From contig JAHFKB010000005.1 of NCBI GenBank assembly GCA_023245565.1, positions 1 to 39,973 on the forward strand: a DNA stretch of 39,973 bases. Reading direction: 5' to 3'. Made by a program: the position numbers and the translations under genes. The DNA is from an archaeon. GTDB lineage: Archaea > Nanobdellota > Nanobdellia > SCGC-AAA011-G17 > GW2011-AR18. Of the stretch, positions 16,854-23,960 are shown one piece after another. The notes under the pieces are model-generated. The model did no database searches and was not told the origin of the DNA. It worked only from the letters and a program-made list of their open reading frames with translations. Each line of letters opens with the position of its first letter. Position 1 is the first letter of the stretch.

Positions 16854-17552
16854 ATGGGAAAGAAACAAACAGTTGATGCTTTAGTTGATGGTGGAAAAGC
16901 TAGTGCAGGCCCACCAATTGGAAGTTCACTTGGACCTTTAAAAGTTAATATAGGTCAAGTTGTAAGTCAGATTAATGATATGACTAAAGATTTCAAAGGT
17001 ATGAAAGTTCCTGTTAAAATTATTGTTGATACTGAAGACAAATCATTTACAATTACAATAGGTACTCCTCCTGCTACTCAATTACTTATGAAAGAAATTG
17101 GGATAGAGAAAGGTTCTGGTGAACCACATATAAATAAATCTGGAGTTATTTCTTTTGAGCAAGTAATAAAAGTTGCTAAGATGAAATCTTCTTCTTTAAT
17201 TGTTAATAATTTAAAATCTGCAGTAAAAACAATTGTTGGAAGTTGTCAATCTGCTGGAGTATTAATTGATGGAAAAGATGCAAGAGATATTTTAAAAGAA
17301 ATTAATCAAGGAAAATATGATGCTTTAATAAAATCAGAAAAGACAGAAACTGATCCTGAAAAGATGAAAGAGCTTGAAGCTATGGGTAAAGAATTAGAAT
17401 CTAAGAAAAAACAAGTTGAAAAACAAAAAGCAGAAGTTAAAGCAGCAAAAGAAGCTGAGACGGCAGCAAAAGCAGCAGCTAATGCACCTGCGGCAGGAAC
17501 AGCACCAGCAACTGGAACTGCGCCTCCAAAGAAAGAACCTGCTAAGAAGTAA
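16854..17552 (+). CDS. rpl11: 50S ribosomal protein L11 with a ~70-aa Lys/Glu/Ala/Pro-rich C-terminal extension
   Basis: MGKKQTVDALVDGGKASAGPPIGSSLGPLKVNIG has the canonical L11 N-terminal domain. The track start at 16827 is TTG; I prefer the ATG at 16854. Confidence 0.94.
   Translation: MGKKQTVDALVDGGKASAGPPIGSSLGPLKVNIGQVVSQINDMTKDFKGMKVPVKIIVDTEDKSFTITIGTPPATQLLMKEIGIEKGSGEPHINKSGVISFEQVIKVAKMKSSSLIVNNLKSAVKTIVGSCQSAGVLIDGKDARDILKEINQGKYDALIKSEKTETDPEKMKELEAMGKELESKKKQVEKQKAEVKAAKEAETAAKAAANAPAAGTAPATGTAPPKKEPAKK
16959..17023 (+). repeat. rpl11-internal copy of the 65-bp repeat (partner at 16338..16402)
   Basis: See the partner entry. Confidence 0.9.
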
Positions 17553-17584
17553 ATTTAAATAGTTATTATTTCTCTTGATTATTT

Positions 17585-18151
17585 ATGGTCTTTGATTGGT
17601 TTAGAGGATTATTTAGTTCAGGAACATTAGTAGATAAATATTATTTTGGTTCTTTAAGAGTTAATGATGAAGAAGTTAGAATTATGGGTGAGTTTTATAA
17701 AGTTAATATTGAAATTGCGCTTGATACTTTTAGAAAAGATTTAAAAGAAGAGACTGATTTAAGTTATAATTATGGTGATATTGATAAAAAAATTAGACGT
17801 ATAATAAGTTTTGAAGAGCAGAGTGCTAAACTTGAAGCTGGTCTAAGAGTAAAAGCAAAAAGAGGGAGAAAAGATTATGGTGAGAATCTTGCGCAAGGAC
17901 AAGCAATAATAGAAGCAATGAAAGAAGATTCAGGATTAGCTGATGCTAAAATTAATGATTTAGAAAAAGAGAAAAAATTAGTTGGGATAAGATTAAAACA
18001 AAAATATGATTCTCTTTTAATTCTTGCTGAAAAATTAACTTATGATGTAAAAGATTCAAAATTAGGACCTAGACTTAAATCACTAATTCTTGATTGGCCA
18101 AGCCGCTATGGTGAAGTGAAAAATTTAGCTAATCTTAGAACTGTAAAATAA
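17585..18151 (+). CDS. hypothetical coiled-coil protein with an N-terminal MVFDWFRGLFSSG motif
   Basis: 188-aa ORF. I recognise no family. Confidence 0.5.
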   Translation: MVFDWFRGLFSSGTLVDKYYFGSLRVNDEEVRIMGEFYKVNIEIALDTFRKDLKEETDLSYNYGDIDKKIRRIISFEEQSAKLEAGLRVKAKRGRKDYGENLAQGQAIIEAMKEDSGLADAKINDLEKEKKLVGIRLKQKYDSLLILAEKLTYDVKDSKLGPRLKSLILDWPSRYGEVKNLANLRTVK

Positions 18152-18259
18152 TTAATTTAATTCTATCTTTAAATTTTCTGCTGCTTCTTTAAGTTCTTGT
18201 TCAGAATATTCTAAATATCTAAATCTATTAAGATGAAATGCTTTCTCAGAACTTAATAT

Positions 18260-18478
18260 TCACATTGATAAAATTTGTGATAGATCTGACATAGATTTAC
18301 TGATTAATTCTCTTGATTTTTTATCATATTTTTTATACTCTTTAGATAAAGAAAAATGTTCATAATAATATTTTAATAATTCTCTTAATCTTATTTCTAT
18401 TTCTAATTCTTGATTAACTAAAGTTGAATCTTTTATAGCGACTTTTACTGATTTGAAAAATCTCCAAAGTTCTTGCAT
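18260..18478 (-). CDS. hypothetical protein; the frame stays open for 35 more codons beyond an in-frame TGA
   Basis: 72-aa ORF. See the finding on 18152..18478. Confidence 0.4.
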   Translation of the reverse strand: MQELWRFFKSVKVAIKDSTLVNQELEIEIRLRELLKYYYEHFSLSKEYKKYDKKSRELISKSMSDLSQILSM

Positions 18479-18508
18479 GTATTTATTATTTATTTTAAGT
18501 ATTTATAT

Positions 18509-18635
18509 TTTTTGTTAAGTAAAATTCATTTATATTCTAGAAAATATACTTTATTATTCAAATGATGACGACACGACAAGGAAGTTGCGCGTAGAATTTA
18601 TAAAGGAAAATTCTAATAATATTTTATTGAAAAGG
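18509..18635 (+). repeat. 127-bp promoter/leader repeat, copy 2 (partner at 5941..6067)
   Basis: See copy 1. The mini-ORF here is at 18562..18594. Confidence 0.85.
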
Positions 18636-19439
18636 TACACTATTACGCAAGAATTTAGGAATTGTATAAGATCAAACAATTATAGTATGGATCAATTATT
18701 AAATTTAACAGGCATTCAAGTACGTAATATACTTTATAAGAATAAAAGTATTAATGAAAAACATTTAAAATTATTATCAAAATTTTTGAAAATAAAAAAT
18801 ATTAAACTGAAAGAAATAGAATTTGACAATACTAAAAATTTAGGAAAATATGCTTACACAGAACCTATAATTTTAACAAGAAATAAGAAAATTTTATCTG
18901 AATTTATAGGCATAATGTTAGGTGACGGAAATATTTATAAGAATACAACAAATATTGCTTTTGATAAAAGAAATAAAAGTTATATTAAATATACTAAAAT
19001 ATTAGCTAGGAATTGTTTTGGTGTAAATTTTAAATTTAAAGAATTAAAGAAAAATAATGGAGCATATATCTATTTCTATAATAAATATCTTACTCAAAAT
19101 TTATTAGATTTAGGATTAAAAAGGGGGAATAAAATAAAAAACCAGTTAGGAATACCTAAATGGATAATAAAAAACCAAAAGTATTCTAAAATGTGCCTTA
19201 GGGGGCTCATAGATACAGACGGAAGTATCTTTTTTGCTAAGAGAGACAATGCTTTATATATAGATTTTACAAATCATAACCAAAAACTCATGAAAGATTT
19301 TAAATTTATTACTAAAAATTTAGGATATCCTTTTGTGAAATGTAAAGAAACTAATGTATGTTTATATCAGAAAAAAGAAGTCGTAAGATTTATTAACGAT
19401 ATTAGACCACTAAAAGGAATTAATGGGGCTATAATCTAA
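18585..19439 (+). CDS. double-motif LAGLIDADG homing endonuclease with an N-terminal HTH-like region
   Basis: There are two LAGLIDADG motifs, LSEFIGIMLGDGNI and MCLRGLIDTDGSI, about 100 aa apart. The start is uncertain: TTG at 18585, with no ATG before codon 35. The last 15 nt overlap tRNA-Pro. Confidence 0.85.
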   Translation: MRVEFIKENSNNILLKRYTITQEFRNCIRSNNYSMDQLLNLTGIQVRNILYKNKSINEKHLKLLSKFLKIKNIKLKEIEFDNTKNLGKYAYTEPIILTRNKKILSEFIGIMLGDGNIYKNTTNIAFDKRNKSYIKYTKILARNCFGVNFKFKELKKNNGAYIYFYNKYLTQNLLDLGLKRGNKIKNQLGIPKWIIKNQKYSKMCLRGLIDTDGSIFFAKRDNALYIDFTNHNQKLMKDFKFITKNLGYPFVKCKETNVCLYQKKEVVRFINDIRPLKGINGAII

Positions 19440-19520
19440 CTTGGAATGATCAAAAGTCATGAGTAATTAGGATACGACCCTTGGGAGGTTGAAGTTCCGG
19501 TTCAAATCCGGGTAGCCCCA
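19425..19520 (+). tRNA. tRNA-Pro (anticodon UGG) with a ~18-22 nt insertion in the D-loop
   Basis: The acceptor GGGGCTA/TAGCCCC is a perfect 7-bp stem. The D stem is ATCT/GGAT. The anticodon arm is CGACC-CTTGGGA-GGTTG. The T arm is TCCGG-TTCAAAT-CCGGG, with discriminator A. Total length is 96 nt, so the D-loop is 32 nt instead of about 8-11. Confidence 0.8.
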
Positions 19521-19534
19521 TCCAATATATTTAT
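19520..19534. repeat. 15-bp direct repeat ATCCAATATATTTAT, left copy (abuts the tRNA-Pro 3' end)
   Basis: An exact copy lies at 20150..20164. Confidence 0.85.
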
Positions 19535-19586
19535 TTAAATTCAACTTCAAAAATCAATATTCTTAAAAAAATATTTATGAATAACC

Positions 19587-20063
19587 TTAAATGGTTTTTT
19601 TCTTTTTCAGTAAAAATTCAAAATAATCTTTACCCCATGCTAAAATTTTACCTTTCTTCTTCAGTAGCTTTTGAGATTTATTTTTAAATTTTACATAATC
19701 TTTAAGAAATTTAATATCTATATCTGGCCAAATATCACCAATTATACAATCAAATTTTTGACTTTCTGGTAGATCATAAAAATTAGATATTATAATTTTA
19801 CCATTTATCTTTTCAGATTTTTTCATCTTTTCAATTATTTCTTTGTATTTTTCTGCTATTGTGACTGATTTTACTTTAGGATTTTTAATTAAAAATTTAG
19901 GAAGAATTCCAAGACCATAACCAGCAACCAAAACATCTCCAAAAGCTTTTTTTGCTAGATCTTCTTGAAGTTTAATTTCTTGAGGAGTGTCCCACATCCA
20001 CAAATATCCATCAATGAACATAAATCTATGATTTTTGTGATGTAAAATCTCTATTTTAGGCAT
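19587..20063 (-). CDS. class I methyltransferase-fold protein (spermidine-synthase-like)
   Basis: 158 aa. It has VLVAGYGLGILPKFL (a GxGxG-like loop), then VTIAEK (acidic end of beta-2), then CIIGDIW. Confidence 0.55.
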   Translation of the reverse strand: MPKIEILHHKNHRFMFIDGYLWMWDTPQEIKLQEDLAKKAFGDVLVAGYGLGILPKFLIKNPKVKSVTIAEKYKEIIEKMKKSEKINGKIIISNFYDLPESQKFDCIIGDIWPDIDIKFLKDYVKFKNKSQKLLKKKGKILAWGKDYFEFLLKKKKTI

Positions 20064-20149
20064 ATAAATTATTCTTATAATATAATGTAAATAAATCTAT
20101 GTATTTTAAAATGTAACATAAATTAATGATTAAATTGATTAATTCTACT

Positions 20150-20164
20150 ATCCAATATATTTAT
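20150..20164. repeat. 15-bp direct repeat ATCCAATATATTTAT, right copy (43 nt upstream of rpl37ae)
   Basis: An exact copy lies at 19520..19534. Confidence 0.85.
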
Positions 20165-20206
20165 AAATATTACAATTTCACCATACAAACAGGATTTTTT
20201 AGGAAA

Positions 20207-20425
20207 ATGACATCAACAAAGAAAGTTGGATCAACAGGACGTTTTGGGGTTCGTTATGGTTTAACAATAAGGCAAAAAGTTTTGGCTGTTGAAAAAAAAC
20301 AAAAAGCAAAAACTGAATGTTCTAAATGTTCTAAAAAAGCTGTAAGAAGAGTTAGTAAAGGCGTATGGTTATGCAGTAAATGCGGTCATAAATTTGCAGG
20401 TAGAGCATTTTACCTAGGAGAATAA
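20207..20425 (+). CDS. rpl37ae: 50S ribosomal protein L37Ae (L43e)
   Basis: [18 protein letters not shown]... plus the zinc ribbon CSKCSKK....[15 protein letters not shown]. The track ORF begins at 20126; I start it at the ATG at 20207. Confidence 0.93.
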   Translation: MTSTKKVGSTGRFGVRYGLTIRQKVLAVEKKQKAKTECSKCSKKAVRRVSKGVWLCSKCGHKFAGRAFYLGE

Positions 20426-20429
20426 AAAA

Positions 20430-20567
20430 ATGACAAGTTATATGTGTTTAGATTGTCAGAAAGAAATTAAATTTGAATTAGTAAAAAAAAGAGTTAGATG
20501 TCCTTATTGCGGATCTAAAATTTTATACAAACCAAGAGTAACTAGTGCAGTAGTAGAAGCGGTATAA
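20430..20567 (+). CDS. rpoP: DNA-directed RNA polymerase subunit P (Rpo12)
   Basis: 45-aa ORF absent from the track: MTSYMCLDCQKEIKFELVKKRVRCPYCGSKILYKPR.... It has the CxxC...RCPYCG.KIL.K.R pattern. Its position after rpl37ae is conserved in archaea. Confidence 0.85.
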   Translation: MTSYMCLDCQKEIKFELVKKRVRCPYCGSKILYKPRVTSAVVEAV

Positions 20568-20568
20568 A

Positions 20569-20910
20569 ATGGAATCTGCTAAAGATACAGATAGTAAAAT
20601 TGCACAGTTACAGATGTTAGAACAAAATATACAAAATTTTCTAATGCAGAAACAAACATTTCAAACTCAATTAATTGAAGTTGATGGTGCTATAGAAGAA
20701 TTAAATAAAACTAAAGGTAAGACTTACAAAGTAATAGGAGCAATAATGGTTTCTATGGAAAAAGAGGATTTAATAAAAGATCTTGATAATAAAAAAGAAG
20801 TTTTAAATTTAAGAGTAAGAAGTATAGAGAAACAAGAAAATCAATTAAAAGAAAAAGCATCTAATTTACAATCTGAAGTTTTAAAACAAATAAAAGATAA
20901 GGATAAATAA
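20569..20910 (+). CDS. pfdB: prefoldin beta subunit
   Basis: 113 aa with a coiled coil, beta hairpin, coiled coil layout (QLQMLEQNIQ... YKVIGAIMVSMEKEDL ... LRVRSIEKQENQL). Confidence 0.9.
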   Translation: MESAKDTDSKIAQLQMLEQNIQNFLMQKQTFQTQLIEVDGAIEELNKTKGKTYKVIGAIMVSMEKEDLIKDLDNKKEVLNLRVRSIEKQENQLKEKASNLQSEVLKQIKDKDK

Positions 20911-20912
20911 AA

Positions 20913-21167
20913 ATGTTTGATACAATAAATTTTGAAGATATTATGGAAGGATTAATAGCTATAGAAAGAGATACAACAATTCCTAAAAATGTTAGAGTAA
21001 AAATTAAAAATGCTATAGAAATTTTAACTGGTAGTGAAAATGATAGTATGGATTTAAAGATTGACAGATCTTTACAACAATTAGGAGATGTTGCAGAAGA
21101 CCCAAATATACCACAACACGCAAGAATGCAAATTTGGAGTGTTGTTTCTAGGTTAGAAAGTAAGTAA
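20913..21167 (+). CDS. UPF0147-family protein
   Basis: 84 aa. IPKNVRVKIKNAIEIL and EDPNIPQHARMQIWSVVSRLES match the conserved DPN.P.H.R..IW motif of this archaeal family. Confidence 0.8.
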   Translation: MFDTINFEDIMEGLIAIERDTTIPKNVRVKIKNAIEILTGSENDSMDLKIDRSLQQLGDVAEDPNIPQHARMQIWSVVSRLESK

Positions 21168-21270
21168 ACCAAAGGTTATTTTAAAATAATTATAAACGAA
21201 TTTCTAATTCTTTAATAGTGAAAGAGAGAAGGGAAATATTTATATATTGGTTGAGTATTATTAGTATAAA

Positions 21271-21654
21271 ATGGCAGGTGTAATTGGAAAATTATTTTCT
21301 GGAAAACAACAATCAGACGAATTTACAGATGATTATGTAGAAATTAGTGCAAGACCAGTGGATAGGTCTGGTAAAGCAAAAGTAACTGTGAGACCTTTTA
21401 TAGTTGAAGATTTTGCTGATATTAAACCAGCGCTTGATGCCTTAAGAGAGGGTTATACTGTTGCTTTAGTAAATATTAAACCTTTGAAAGATAAAGATTT
21501 AGTAGAACTAAAGAGAGCAGTAAGCAAATTGAAAAAAACTGTTGAAGCAATTGAAGGGGATATTGCTGGTTTTGGAGAAGATTGGATTGTTGCTACTCCA
21601 AGTTTTGGTCAAGTTTATAGAGGAATGGGCGAAGATATGCCTCCTTCTGAATAA
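21271..21654 (+). CDS. sepF: cell division protein SepF (FtsZ anchor)
   Basis: 127 aa. An N-terminal amphipathic segment GVIGKLFSG is followed by the DUF552 core (VTVRPFIVEDFADIKPALDALREGYTVALVNIKPL...AIEGDIAGFGEDWIVATP). Confidence 0.85.
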   Translation: MAGVIGKLFSGKQQSDEFTDDYVEISARPVDRSGKAKVTVRPFIVEDFADIKPALDALREGYTVALVNIKPLKDKDLVELKRAVSKLKKTVEAIEGDIAGFGEDWIVATPSFGQVYRGMGEDMPPSE

Positions 21655-21699
21655 ATTTATTTTTTCTTTTTAATTAAATATAAACTCCTTTTATAATTT

Positions 21700-22071
21700 C
21701 TAAATAGTATTTATTCCTAATTCTTCATATCTATTTAAAATTTCACTTGATTTAACAACTTCATATTTCATTTTATCCCAATTTGGAGTTGGGCTAAAAC
21801 GATAATTTTGATATATTAAATATTTAATACCATCTGAAAGTTTAACATTTAAAATACAAGAATTATTAGATGTTATCTCTTCTACATTAATGTCTGTTTC
21901 TCTTTTTGTTTTAAATCTATAACCTATTTTATCTAAATGATGATCTGGGCCTATAACCCATTCTTGATTATTATAAGATATAAAAATTCTTCTAGAGCTA
22001 GGCATTATTATTAAATTTACTTTTATTAGTTTCTCTAATGGTTCAATAAGTGTTGGCATTTTATTTATCAC
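21700..22071 (-). CDS. hypothetical protein, tandem paralog 2
   Basis: 123 aa. It shares (F/W)xIxGP...YR and L.DG..Y..Y with the upstream ORF. Confidence 0.5.
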   Translation of the reverse strand: MINKMPTLIEPLEKLIKVNLIIMPSSRRIFISYNNQEWVIGPDHHLDKIGYRFKTKRETDINVEEITSNNSCILNVKLSDGIKYLIYQNYRFSPTPNWDKMKYEVVKSSEILNRYEELGINTI

Positions 22072-22417
22072 AATTTAAAATATCTTTATCTGGAATTTCT
22101 TGATATTGTATTAATTTTGTGCCTTGATATCTTGGCATTCTTCCGCCATCATCATAAAAGTGATATGTTGTTCCATCTAAAAGTTCAATTTCAATATGAA
22201 GAAATGGAAGTCCTGAAGGATTAATTTTTTTTATTGGGTTTTCTATTGGACCATTCCTATAAAACATCCAATCTAAATAACCCTTTCTTGGGCCAACAAT
22301 ATAAAAATTGTTTTTTTCGTCATGGTAAAATAAAAGTTTAGAATCTTTTTGCATATTAACAAATCGAAACTCTGAACCAAGTAATCTTTCTAATGATTTT
22401 GGTATTGACATAATCAT
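22061..22417 (-). CDS. hypothetical protein, tandem paralog 1
   Basis: 118 aa. It overlaps the downstream paralog by 11 nt. Confidence 0.5.
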   Translation of the reverse strand: MIMSIPKSLERLLGSEFRFVNMQKDSKLLFYHDEKNNFYIVGPRKGYLDWMFYRNGPIENPIKKINPSGLPFLHIEIELLDGTTYHFYDDGGRMPRYQGTKLIQYQEIPDKDILNCDK

Positions 22418-22586
22418 TCTACTTTATTTTTATTTATAAGTATTGTCTTAGTTTAATATAATTAACAGGAAAGAGATATTTCAAATATATATTAATAAAT
22501 ATTTTCAGAATTTTTGAAATATTTACGGAAAATTCGAGATTAAGTTTATGAATAATAAATTCTAATATTATTTTGAGGTGATTTAA

Positions 22587-22784
22587 ATGACACTTGAAAA
22601 AATTTTAGGAAGTTTTGTTTTAATTTTTGGATTAGGTGGATGTGTAATAAGTATTAAATATCCATTAATTGATTATGCAAGAAGGGGTTTTAGTAATAGG
22701 TATTATTGTAATAATAAAACTTTAGATGATGTTGAATGTGGAAAATATAGAGTTTATCCTTTAGTTGTTGTTGATATTAAATAG
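22587..22784 (+). CDS. hypothetical small membrane or secreted protein
   Basis: 65 aa. GAGGTGAT sits 5 nt upstream of the ATG, and the N-terminus is hydrophobic with GLGGC (lipobox-like). Confidence 0.45.
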   Translation: MTLEKILGSFVLIFGLGGCVISIKYPLIDYARRGFSNRYYCNNKTLDDVECGKYRVYPLVVVDIK

Positions 22785-23553
22785 ACTCTATTATTTTATA
22801 TAATTTATTTATTTCTTTTTCTGTATAACCTATTAATGGTCTTAAAATTAATCTATTATCTTGTTTTATTTCTAAATTTTCAAAAGTTTCATCTGTAGCT
22901 AAGATATCATTTTCTTTTTCTTCTCTTTGTCTAATATTAAAACCTGATTCAAATTTATGTAATAATTTTAAGTCTTTTGATAATGATATTATAGAACCCC
23001 TTTTCATTAATAGAAAACCTGCGACTGTAGAATTTATTTCATCATTAACTCTTAATTGTACAAAACCATTTGTTCCTAAAGGTAAACCACCAAAACATTT
23101 TACTATGTCTGAAGCTTTGTATAAATAAGCTTTATTATTTATTTCTTCAACTCTTATATCAATTTCTGGATTTTCTAATTTTACTTTTATATTTGGTTTA
23201 TTATCAACTATGTAAGAACCTATTTCTTGATTTAATATTTGTGAATCTTTTTTTAATGTTATAGATTTTTTTGCAGTTATTCTAAAAGTCTTTTCTTCAT
23301 TTATTAAAGATAGAGCTGATTTATTTATTTCTTCTAATTTTGATTCAATAATTTTTGTATAAAATATAATTCCAAAAACTTTTCTTATGTCTTTAGGTTC
23401 TTGATCTAATTTTATTAAATATCTATTTCTAAATCTAAGTAATTCATTTGGATTTATTTTTAACATAGATCTAATATTTCTCATTAATCTTCTTTCAAAG
23501 TTTATTCTATTTTTACCTTTAAGAAAGATCTCTCCAATTGCTACTAAGTACAT
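22777..23553 (-). CDS. ThiI-like THUMP-domain protein with a degenerate PP-loop and a truncated C-terminal half
   Basis: The N-terminus GEIFLKGKNRINFERRL is the ThiI NFLD signature. GGLPLGTNG follows, then LRVNDEINSTVAGFLLMKRG where ThiI has LLSGGIDSPVA..LMMKRG. The protein ends with ILRPLIGYTEKEI. Confidence 0.7.
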   Translation of the reverse strand: MYLVAIGEIFLKGKNRINFERRLMRNIRSMLKINPNELLRFRNRYLIKLDQEPKDIRKVFGIIFYTKIIESKLEEINKSALSLINEEKTFRITAKKSITLKKDSQILNQEIGSYIVDNKPNIKVKLENPEIDIRVEEINNKAYLYKASDIVKCFGGLPLGTNGFVQLRVNDEINSTVAGFLLMKRGSIISLSKDLKLLHKFESGFNIRQREEKENDILATDETFENLEIKQDNRLILRPLIGYTEKEINKLYKIIESI

Positions 23554-23636
23554 AAAGTGTTTATTAAAAGAAATATTAATAAAACTAACTAATAAGGAAT
23601 ATAAATTTATTTAAACTAATTATTAGGTTATTAATT

Positions 23637-23918
23637 ATGCTACCGATCCATGATAATTTATCTAGGCAATCTATACTTGAACTTTTAATTAATAGAAAAT
23701 TAAATTATTTAGATGATGTTTTATTAACTCATTTATTGAATGTTGTGACTAATGGACTTACTTGTAGTTATTATGGTAGATTTTATGATGAACTTTCTAC
23801 TTTTCCAAATAGATGTTTAGCATCTGAATTAAGAAATGGAAAGGTTGTTTGTCCTTTTTATAATGAGAATGCTTTGGATAAATGTAATTATAATAATAAA
23901 AATTTAGATAGAAAATAA
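23637..23918 (+). CDS. hypothetical Cys-containing protein
   Basis: 93-aa ORF. I recognise no family. Confidence 0.35.
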   Translation: MLPIHDNLSRQSILELLINRKLNYLDDVLLTHLLNVVTNGLTCSYYGRFYDELSTFPNRCLASELRNGKVVCPFYNENALDKCNYNNKNLDRK

Positions 23919-23960
23919 TCTAACGATAGATATTTAAGCTTATTTCTGAGTTTAAACTTT

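Noticed and set aside
18260-18262. Genome-wide TGA reassignment as the explanation for the in-frame TGA
   Set aside because: TGA clearly terminates well-conserved genes here: L40e at 10770-10772 and deoxyhypusine synthase at 24945-24947. A global recoding is therefore unlikely.
18562-18635. C/D-box sRNA in the repeated leader (ATGATGA resembles a C box)
   Set aside because: No CTGA D or D' boxes occur at the required spacing. The other copy has ATGACGA, and no terminal stem is present. The conserved mini-ORF frame explains the conservation better.
20861-21172. 103-aa minus-strand ORF
   Set aside because: It is antisense to the UPF0147 gene, which has a conserved motif, and it has hydrophobic shadow composition.
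22475-22525. Inverted repeat ATATTTCAAA ... TTTGAAATAT in the 22418-22586 intergenic region as an operator
   Set aside because: It is a 10-bp all-A/T dyad in a very AT-rich spacer. This is expected by chance and there is no second supporting feature.
23070-23264. 64-aa plus-strand ORF
   Set aside because: It is a shadow ORF inside the ThiI-like gene.
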